A stretch of DNA of 34,720 nucleotides from Candidatus Moraniibacteriota bacterium (lineage in GTDB: Bacteria; Patescibacteriota; Minisyncoccia; Moranbacterales; UBA1568), in the NCBI GenBank assembly GCA_963743885.1, contig CAVURJ010000002.1, positions 1-34,720 on the forward strand, written 5' to 3'. Below the pieces are notes generated by a model. It was given only the letters and a program-made list of their open reading frames with translations, searched no databases and was not told the origin of the DNA. Numbering within the stretch: position 1 is the stretch's first letter; every line of letters starts with the position of its first letter. A program made the position numbers and the translations under genes. Positions 9,805-16,672 of the stretch are shown here, one piece after another.

Positions 9805-10506
9805 ATGGATAACAAAAAAATCCCGACTTGTCTCGGAACAGCTATTCTCGTCGTCATGGCCATCACGGCGGGAGCTTTTGTGTGGGTGTACGAACAGAAT
9901 CAGGGGGCAATAGAAACAGACACAATTATCCAAACAACTATTAAGAAAGATCAGAAAACTGATACCGGAAAGGAAACAGTGGCGAATACCCCGCAACAAT
10001 TCCCCGAAATGGATCCGGCTGAAAAAGCCCGTCTTGCAGCCCTGACCAAAGACTGGCAAACGTATCGGGATACGGAGTATGGGTATGAATTTAAATACCC
10101 ACAAAATTATTTTGTTGTAAACAAAAAAGGAACATCTTCCCCAGAGACCCTCACTATAACTAGCAATAAAGGGTATCCAGGAGATGGCGGCTGCCCCAAA
10201 CCTCCTTGTAATTTCCCAACACATCCACACGAAATTACTATCACAGTATTCGAAGAGCCAAACAATTTCTCCTTAACCGAAATCAAAAAGAGGCTCGAAG
10301 GCAATTACGTGACTATGGGGTCCGAGAAATATATACTTATTAATGGTAAATCAGCATTATATTATAGAAGTTATCAATATTCAGATGCTATATATATAGT
10401 TGGATATAAAAAAACATATTTTATATCATCTGACCTAGAGTGGATTGAGACCTATTTTAGCGATACATTCAAAGGAATTTATTCAACGTTCAAAGAGATT
10501 GATTAA
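9805..10506 (+). CDS. Membrane-anchored extracytoplasmic protein, paralog of the upstream gene
   Basis: It has the MDNKKIPTCLGTAILVVMAITAGAFVWVY signal anchor and a YGYEFKYPQNYF block. Confidence 0.65.
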   Translation: MDNKKIPTCLGTAILVVMAITAGAFVWVYEQNQGAIETDTIIQTTIKKDQKTDTGKETVANTPQQFPEMDPAEKARLAALTKDWQTYRDTEYGYEFKYPQNYFVVNKKGTSSPETLTITSNKGYPGDGGCPKPPCNFPTHPHEITITVFEEPNNFSLTEIKKRLEGNYVTMGSEKYILINGKSALYYRSYQYSDAIYIVGYKKTYFISSDLEWIETYFSDTFKGIYSTFKEID

Positions 10507-10567
10507 ATTAGAAGGGTAATCCCTATCTTTGCCACCAGTGATGATGTGGCTTTTTTCCTGTAAAAAG

Positions 10568-10604
10568 AAACGCCTACCTGCAAGATTCTGCTGGTAGGCG
10601 TTTT
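10568..10604. terminator. Bidirectional terminator hairpin between convergent genes
   Basis: The stem cgcctacc...ggtaggcg has an A run on the left and a T run on the right. Confidence 0.6.
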
Positions 10605-10620
10605 AATTTTCCTTTACTAT

Positions 10621-12249
10621 TTACTGGATCGGACCGACGTACTCGAACTTCACAGCATCGGCAGCGATTACTTTTCCTGTCTCACCAGTATTTCCTTGGA
10701 GAGATACGGAAGTACTGCCAGCATAGAGGTTGTAAGTGCCGATGCTGACCCAACTGTCCTGACTACTGCTTTGATCTACCGACTGAGCTGTGTAGTTCGT
10801 GCCATTGCTGCTCACGGTATATGCCGCCGATTGGCTGCTCGCATATTCGTCTGGTACATACACCTGAACTTTGTATTGTCCATCTCTGGGCAGATTGGGT
10901 GTCCAGGTTACCGTCCCTGCGACGTTGGCTTCCTTGCTGTAGATGATACCGCTATAGCCGAGCTCATAACCACCAGGATCATAGGTCGCCCCCTGTCTCG
11001 CCCAGTTCCCGATCGTACTCGACGGACTGGAACATCCCGGAGTCGTACCGCTCAGTTGGAACGCGCCGTTGCACTCATACGGATGCACAACGATGGTAAA
11101 CGTCGTCGATTGATCTGAATACAGGCCGTTTGCAATGAGCTCGGACGGGTCAGTGAAATTACCAAGCGCGCTCCAACTGTACGGATCCTGACTACGATAA
11201 CTAGTAGCCAGATTTCCGTCCGTCAGGATTGCGAAGTGAAGATGACATGCATTCGAATAATACCCGTTGCCATCACCCACTTGCCCGACCGGATTACCCT
11301 TCATAATCGGCTCGTCGACATCTTGCTGGATATCCTTCTCCGCAATGTATCCCGTCTGCGACGAATTGAGCATGTGCCCATAGAGCGAATACACCGTAGA
11401 GAGCAGTTGCCCGGTACCGGTCAGGAAGTATTTCCCTTGCGGCGCATCGTGCTGGATGAGGATAGTTCTGCCCCACGCATCGTTGATGGACGTTTTGTCT
11501 CGTACTGTTCCACTGGCAATCGCGAAGAGCGGCTCACCGGAATCGTCGCAGGTTCCACCCTTGTTCCAGTCTTCCGCAGCGTGTGGTACGCTGTCATAGT
11601 TATTCAACGACCCGAAGCTCTGTTTCTTCTTCGTCCAGCCGTTGGGATTTTCCGGAGTGAATGCAAGCGGAAACCGCGTGTAGCTTCCAACGAGGATATC
11701 CCCCGCCGAAAGGCTCGGCAATCCGAACTGCCCATCCCAGTTGTAACCGAAGTTGACCTTAATATCGATGCCAACCGCCCTAACCAGGTCGTTCTGGAGA
11801 TCGTACCCAGTCGGGCCAGCGTAGGTCCAGTCGAACCAGGTATATGACCGGAAGCGGCTCTGGTTTATCGAGACCGGATTGCCCCAGGTATCGTTTTCGC
11901 ATTTGCCATCCTGATTCTCGTAGCAGCTGTAGATGATGACATTCGGATTGTAGTCAAAGCTGTCGAACGCCTGGCTTTGGGAAAGCGGATTGAGCAGGAT
12001 CCAGAGGTGCTGGTAGGGAGGACCCTGGTTGTAGTCGACGGCGACCGGCTTCAGGCTTTCAGGGATGTTTTCCGGATAGTAGACGGTGTAGTTCTGGTGG
12101 TACCACGGATGCCTCGTCTGGACGAAGGCGTCGTAGGTGACGCCGTTCTCCGTGAACGGGATCGGTTTCGGAGGAGGCAGCCGGCTCCAATCGAAAGCAT
12201 TGGCGAGGCCGGAACAGAGGAGGCAGAGGATCAAGATGAACGTTCTCAT
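10621..12249 (-). CDS. Secreted M23 (LytM-type) metallopeptidase with an extra C-terminal beta-rich, possibly carbohydrate-binding, domain
   Basis: The signal peptide is MRTFILILCLLCSGLANA, after an AAGGAG RBS at ATG 12249. M23 motifs present are HAAEDW, GTVRD...WGRTILIQH, YSLYGHM and HLHFAI. The C-terminal QYKVQVYVP...DQSSSQDSWVSIGTY...AADAVKF resembles golvesin-C-like modules (recalled, not searched). Confidence 0.75.
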   Translation of the reverse strand: MRTFILILCLLCSGLANAFDWSRLPPPKPIPFTENGVTYDAFVQTRHPWYHQNYTVYYPENIPESLKPVAVDYNQGPPYQHLWILLNPLSQSQAFDSFDYNPNVIIYSCYENQDGKCENDTWGNPVSINQSRFRSYTWFDWTYAGPTGYDLQNDLVRAVGIDIKVNFGYNWDGQFGLPSLSAGDILVGSYTRFPLAFTPENPNGWTKKKQSFGSLNNYDSVPHAAEDWNKGGTCDDSGEPLFAIASGTVRDKTSINDAWGRTILIQHDAPQGKYFLTGTGQLLSTVYSLYGHMLNSSQTGYIAEKDIQQDVDEPIMKGNPVGQVGDGNGYYSNACHLHFAILTDGNLATSYRSQDPYSWSALGNFTDPSELIANGLYSDQSTTFTIVVHPYECNGAFQLSGTTPGCSSPSSTIGNWARQGATYDPGGYELGYSGIIYSKEANVAGTVTWTPNLPRDGQYKVQVYVPDEYASSQSAAYTVSSNGTNYTAQSVDQSSSQDSWVSIGTYNLYAGSTSVSLQGNTGETGKVIAADAVKFEYVGPIQ

Positions 12250-12464
12250 GTGAGACTCCTTGGTTTTCGTTTCAGAGATTATGAGGATGGAGATACAAAC
12301 AAACAAAAATCCGTTAGGATTTCATGATAATTCTCCTTAGGTTGTGAAAGAACGGGTGTAGACTAGCAGGGATATGGGGGGTGTCAAGGGATAGCGTTGA
12401 TTCACGAAGTACATTTTGAATTTTTATGATATCATGTAAAACTTGAAAGACAATCGGTATATTC

Positions 12465-13523
12465 ATGATTATGCAGCCGTATTTGGGATTCTGGGGAGAA
12501 TTGAAGAAACCGTTTTTTGTCCTAGCGCCAATGGCCAATGTCACGGACGCTCCTTTTCGTCGTGTCATTGCGAAGTATGGCAAACCTGATGTGACGTGGA
12601 CGGAGTTCGTCTCAGCGGACGGACTGTGTCATCCTGTTGGGCGGGAGGCACTCCTTCGTGACCTTATGTACACCGAAGGCGAGCGACCGGTCGTGACGCA
12701 GCTCTTTACGGCACATCCCGAGAAGATGTTCGAAGCAGCGAAATTCGTGGCAACACTCGGGTTCGATGGGATCGATATCAATATGGGTTGCCCGGACAAG
12801 AATGTCATGAAGCAGGGCGCCGGCGCGACGCTTATGAAGGATCCGAAGTTGGCGCAAGCGATCATTCGGGCGGCACAGGAAGGTGTGAAGGCATCCGGTA
12901 GGGAGATTCCGATCTCGGTGAAGACGCGGCTCGGGTATAACGAAGACACTCTGGAAGAGTGGTTACCGGCCTTGCTTGAGATGCAGCCGGCCGTGATCAC
13001 GGTGCATGCTCGGACGAAGAAGGAGATGTCCAAGGTGCCGGCGAGATGGGAACGCGTGAAGCGGGCGGTAGAGATCGCGCGCGGTTCGGGGACGCTTATT
13101 ATCGGTAACGGCGATGTGCGAGATCTCGCGGATGCTGAAGCGAAGGTCCGTGAGACTGGCTGCGATGGTGTGATGCTTGGACGAGCTGTGTTCGGCAATC
13201 CGTGGCTGTTTGCCGATGTGGCCCGCGCTCGTCGTGGTAGCGATAATGACGGTGCGGGATGGACTCAGGTGACGGTGCAAGAGAGACTAGAAGCAGCAGT
13301 CGAACATACGAAACTCTTTGAGGAAACCTGGAAAGATACCAAGAGCTTCGAGCTCATGAAGAAGCATTATCAGGCGTATGTGAATCATTTCCCGCTGGCC
13401 AAAGAGCTCCGTATCGAACTCATGAACTGTCATGATGCGGAGTCGGTAGAAGGGATAGTCATGTCGTTTTTGGAGAAACATGCTGATATAGCGGCCGAAA
13501 CGGTCGTGCACGGCGAACATTGA
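12465..13523 (+). CDS. dus: tRNA-dihydrouridine synthase
   Basis: Dus-family motifs are present: FVLAPMANVTDAPFRRV, GFDGIDINMGCP, ISVKTRLG, ITVHARTK and GNGDV. Confidence 0.85.
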   Translation: MIMQPYLGFWGELKKPFFVLAPMANVTDAPFRRVIAKYGKPDVTWTEFVSADGLCHPVGREALLRDLMYTEGERPVVTQLFTAHPEKMFEAAKFVATLGFDGIDINMGCPDKNVMKQGAGATLMKDPKLAQAIIRAAQEGVKASGREIPISVKTRLGYNEDTLEEWLPALLEMQPAVITVHARTKKEMSKVPARWERVKRAVEIARGSGTLIIGNGDVRDLADAEAKVRETGCDGVMLGRAVFGNPWLFADVARARRGSDNDGAGWTQVTVQERLEAAVEHTKLFEETWKDTKSFELMKKHYQAYVNHFPLAKELRIELMNCHDAESVEGIVMSFLEKHADIAAETVVHGEH

Positions 13524-13580
13524 TTTTTTCCGGTTCTCGGTGTACTATAGCCAGTCTGGTTCTTTTGAAAGGAAAATGTC

Positions 13581-14423
13581 ATGGAGCGGTCTATGTCGGA
13601 GGCGGAGCGTGATATCCTGCGGATTCTCGATGCCGCCATCGCGCAGATTGGATCCAAAGGGAGCGGGAAGACGAGGAGAAAGCCGGGAGAGGGTAAGGTT
13701 CTCTCTTCGGTTACGGAAATCATTTCTGGCGAGTACCGAAGCCGGGAATTCTGGTTGGAGCTGCATGTAATCGTCGGTCTGGCTCTATCTGAGGCGGACT
13801 GTCTGGGACGGCGGAAGGAAGTGTTCCTCCGTGAGTGGCAGCGGTTTCTCCGGATGGGCGATGACAGTCATGCGGTAGAGCTCCTCGCGATTCTTCGCCG
13901 CATGAGGGATAATATAGCAGAGCTCGATATCGCCCTGTCCAGGAAGGACATAGATATCGGTGTCGCCATGTATTACGATTTTCTCAGACAGGAAAGGAGA
14001 GAAAGAATGGCTCTGACAGGAGAAGCACTTGAGCGCGTAGTAAAATTCCGTGATGGTGTGGTACGCGTGCTCGATGTGGCCAAGAGAAACAAGACGTTCA
14101 TCGTGGGTCGGAAGCGTAAGCAGCCCGAGTGGGATGATCTCAATCGTCTCGTCATGGCGTTCAACGAATTTCATAGCGATGAAGACGAGAAGCTCCGGCC
14201 GGATGTGTATGCTATCGGCGAAGCGATGGATCGGGCAGCCGAGATATTTGACGTGAAGCAGCATTCTTCTACGACGAGCTGTCTGGCTCGGTGTTTCTAC
14301 GGGCTTCTGGAAGGGAAACCCCTCGAAGAATATTCGTTGTATCGGGCGGATATGCTGCTCTTTCTCGGGCGGCTTCGGAACAGCCTGGACAACAGGATCT
14401 GTTGGGCGAAGCGGAAGAAGTAG
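13581..14423 (+). CDS. Hypothetical cytoplasmic helical protein
   Basis: This is a 280-aa ORF with an RBS-like gaaagga upstream. I recognise no motif. It sits between dus and mnmA on the same strand. Confidence 0.55.
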   Translation: MERSMSEAERDILRILDAAIAQIGSKGSGKTRRKPGEGKVLSSVTEIISGEYRSREFWLELHVIVGLALSEADCLGRRKEVFLREWQRFLRMGDDSHAVELLAILRRMRDNIAELDIALSRKDIDIGVAMYYDFLRQERRERMALTGEALERVVKFRDGVVRVLDVAKRNKTFIVGRKRKQPEWDDLNRLVMAFNEFHSDEDEKLRPDVYAIGEAMDRAAEIFDVKQHSSTTSCLARCFYGLLEGKPLEEYSLYRADMLLFLGRLRNSLDNRICWAKRKK

Positions 14424-14442
14424 GGCAACGGTCCGGTTTTGA

Positions 14443-14475
14443 AAGGCATACCTCAGGGTACGCCTTTTCTTTTTT
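14443..14475 (+). terminator. Rho-independent terminator
   Basis: The hairpin aaggcatacc-tcag-ggtacgcctt (one mismatch) is followed by ttctttttt. Confidence 0.6.
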
Positions 14476-14605
14476 GGCACAATGGTTTAAGGTGATTGGG
14501 CACTCAGAGTCGTTTTTTTTGTGAAGGTTTCATATATGCATACGGAACAACGGTCGTGGTGAAGTGTGCAGAGCAAATCGATGTGTATAAGTTTTACTAC
14601 CGGGT

Positions 14606-15898
14606 ATGAAAATAGCGGTTTTGGTATCGGGTGGGGTGGATAGTTCGGTGGCGCTCCGGCTTCTTCAGGAAGAGGGGCACGAACTGCACGCCTTTTACCT
14701 CAAAATTTGGCTAGAAGACGAGCTGTCCTTTTTGGGCGAATGCCCTTGGGAGGATGATTTGTCGTACGTGCGCGCGGTCTGCGAAGAGGCGGGGGTGCCG
14801 CTCACGGTGGTGCCGTTCCAGAAAGAATACTGGGAGCGCGTCGTGAGCTATACGATCGACGAAGTGAAGCATGGGCGGACGCCTAATCCGGATATGCTTT
14901 GCAATGCGCGGATCAAGTTCGGCGCGTTTCTGGATTTTCTTCACTCAGGTCATTCTGATCCGCCAGTTGGCGGAGAAGAATCTATGTCGAACGATATACA
15001 TAATGAGATTCCTCGACAAGCTCGGAATGACAGCTTCCTTTTCGATAAGGTAGCGACTGGGCATTATGCACAGGTTGAGAATTTATATCAAGGACGGTCC
15101 TTGATAACGTCAAGGACCGTCCTTGATATAGCGGTGGGTGTATCGAAGGAACGCTCTGCTTTGCCTAGCGCTTTCCGACTCAAGATGTCTCCTGATCCGA
15201 TCAAGGATCAGACGTATTTCCTCTCGCAGCTTTCGCAGGCACAGGTAGCGAAGGCACTTTTTCCAATCGGGAAGTATGAGAAGCACGAAGTGCGTGCTTT
15301 GGCGGAGAAGTTCGCTTTGCCGAATGCCAAGCGCAAGGATAGTCAGGGTATCTGTTTCCTTGGCAAGATCCCGTTTGATAAGTTTTTGGAATTTCATCTT
15401 GGCAAGCGGCCGGGCAAGTTGATTGAATATGAGACTGGTACAGTGATGGGCGAGCACGACGGCTTTTTCTACTATACGGTCGGGCAGCGTCGTGGCATCC
15501 GGCTTTCGGGTGGCCCATGGTATGTGGTGGCCAAAAACCCAGAGATGAATGAAGTCTTTATTTCTCATGGCGAGCATCATGAGCTCTTGGCGAAGGATAT
15601 CTTCATTGTCGGGGGATTGAACTGGATTTCTGGTAATTCACCCCTCAGTCTCGCGGACTCGACAGCTCCCCTTGGAAAGAGGAGCAGGAAAAGAGAGGAA
15701 TGGGGGAATAAGAAGATGAATGTGATGGTCAAGATTCGCCATGGTGCCAAGATGTATAAGGCGACGATCGAGTCTTTGGAGGGTGATAGATTGAAAGTGA
15801 CACTTAAAGAAAAAGACCCAGGGCTCGCCGCGGGCCAGTTTGCTGTTTTTTACAATGGAGAGTATTGCTTAGGAGGAGGAACAATATTAGAAAGTTAA
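14606..15898 (+). CDS. mnmA: tRNA-specific 2-thiouridylase MnmA carrying three in-frame repeat insertions
   Basis: MnmA motifs are present: MKIAVLVSGGVDSSV, NPDMLCN, ATGHYA, KDQTYFL, KDSQGICFLG and AAGQFAVFYNGEYCLGGG. At 430 aa it is longer than the roughly 360-370 aa I recall as typical. Confidence 0.9.
   Translation: MKIAVLVSGGVDSSVALRLLQEEGHELHAFYLKIWLEDELSFLGECPWEDDLSYVRAVCEEAGVPLTVVPFQKEYWERVVSYTIDEVKHGRTPNPDMLCNARIKFGAFLDFLHSGHSDPPVGGEESMSNDIHNEIPRQARNDSFLFDKVATGHYAQVENLYQGRSLITSRTVLDIAVGVSKERSALPSAFRLKMSPDPIKDQTYFLSQLSQAQVAKALFPIGKYEKHEVRALAEKFALPNAKRKDSQGICFLGKIPFDKFLEFHLGKRPGKLIEYETGTVMGEHDGFFYYTVGQRRGIRLSGGPWYVVAKNPEMNEVFISHGEHHELLAKDIFIVGGLNWISGNSPLSLADSTAPLGKRSRKREEWGNKKMNVMVKIRHGAKMYKATIESLEGDRLKVTLKEKDPGLAAGQFAVFYNGEYCLGGGTILES
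14949..15031. repeat. MITE-like element with terminal inverted repeats GTCATTCTGA / TCGGAATGAC, in frame inside mnmA
   Basis: The element reads gtcattctgatccgccagttggcggagaagaatc ... gagattcctcgacaagctcggaatgac. It translates as SGHSDPPVGGEE...EIPRQARND, and in another frame as FLDKLGMT. It accounts for an insertion of about 28 aa relative to E. coli MnmA as I recall it. Confidence 0.65.
15084..15130. repeat. 47-nt double palindrome inside mnmA
   Basis: The sequence is tatatcaaggacGgtccttgata-acg-tcaaggacCgtccttgatata. It forms two adjacent perfect 10-bp-stem hairpins, and the whole is nearly palindromic. Confidence 0.8.
15641..15706. repeat. In-frame hairpin repeat (CCCCTCAGTCTCGCGGACTCGACAGCTCCCCTTGG...), mnmA copy
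   Basis: It shares a core of about 40 nt with 17236.. (mutY) and 31705.. (argS). Confidence 0.8.
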
Positions 15899-15926
15899 CG
15901 GGTTCACGAGTTAACGGGTTTCAAAT

Positions 15927-15964
15927 CAAAAAAAAGAAAACCGTCACGAGCGTGGTCGTGACGG
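15927..15964 (-). terminator. Terminator for the minus-strand gene 16016..16348; it may also stop mnmA
   Basis: The hairpin is ccgtcacga-gcgtgg-tcgtgacgg, with a T run on the minus strand (an A run at 15927-15940 on plus). Confidence 0.6.
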
Positions 15965-16015
15965 TGGGTATTGCTTGAGAAGGAATCATTCTCTGGTGAG
16001 TTCGAATTCTGGTTG

Positions 16016-16348
16016 CTAGACGGGAATTGCGCGCTTCGCCTTTTTGTCTGTCCGGATGAGGATGTAGCAGTCGCGGGACCACAGAGCCATCTTGTTCTGG
16101 CCGGTCCAGTTGATATCTTCGGCGAGGATGTCGACGTAGTGATTAAGGCCCAAATGCTCCTTGATGATCCGGAGCGCTTCGCTTGGGTAAGCGAAATGAG
16201 ACTGGTCCTTTTCGCCATCACTAATCTTGATGTTGATGAGGTCACGCATCTCGAGTCTGAAGCTGTGGCTATTTGGATGTTCAGCCGGGGCGGCAGTGCA
16301 GTTTCTTTTGAATATGTTGACGGCTGTCGGTATGAACAAAGCGTCCAC
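16016..16348 (-). CDS. Hypothetical 110-aa protein
   Basis: The GTG start at 16348 is preceded by AGGAGA with a 5-nt spacer. I recognise no motif. Confidence 0.5.
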   Translation of the reverse strand: MDALFIPTAVNIFKRNCTAAPAEHPNSHSFRLEMRDLINIKISDGEKDQSHFAYPSEALRIIKEHLGLNHYVDILAEDINWTGQNKMALWSRDCYILIRTDKKAKRAIPV

Positions 16349-16446
16349 AATCGTCTCCTTTTCGGTTGGTAAGTTGCTGGGACTTCATGTAGAATCACAT
16401 GAAGTGGCAGTATAGGAAACAGGGTGGGAAAAGTCAATTTTTCCAA

Positions 16447-16588
16447 GAAAAAACCACCAGTACTGCATCAGGGAGGCGTGTACAGGAGTCCGCGTTGCAG
16501 GACTCGCCCTGATTCTGGTGGTAGCCTAGCGTCGTCACTTCCAATGTTCTGGAAGAAGCAAGAAACCCGGCTAAGTCTCATGCTGCTG
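16447..16588 (-). ncRNA. Candidate small RNA (about 140 nt), identity unknown
   Basis: On the minus strand there is TTGACA (16623-16618), a 17-nt spacer, then TACCAT (16600-16595). Downstream are several hairpins, ending in a long stem (16454..16521, ccaccag.../...ctggtgg) followed by T6. Confidence 0.3.
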
Positions 16589-16672
16589 AAAAGCATGGTA
16601 GTTTGGAATTAGAAATATGTCAATCAGGAAAGAAGTTTTGAAGAATCAGGATGTGTGATTTAGGATTTAAGA

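Noticed and set aside
10696-12327. Plus-strand ORFs (10696..11118, 11236..11847, 11977..12327) inside the M23 peptidase gene.
   Set aside because: They are antisense to a well-supported 542-aa secreted peptidase, and their translations lack any motif.
15904-16446. The 180-aa minus-strand ORF and the 133-aa plus-strand ORF (15971..16372) that overlap 16016..16348.
   Set aside because: The 110-aa frame has a proper AGGAGA-GTG start and a downstream terminator. The others lack start signals and have compositionally odd translations.
16447-16588. Assigning the candidate sRNA to SRP RNA, 6S RNA or RNase P RNA.
   Set aside because: It has no GNAR-capped helix-8 motif with the AGCA/GGAA signature, and no GAGGAAAGUCC P4 sequence. 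Its size and shape alone are insufficient for 6S. I left it as unknown.
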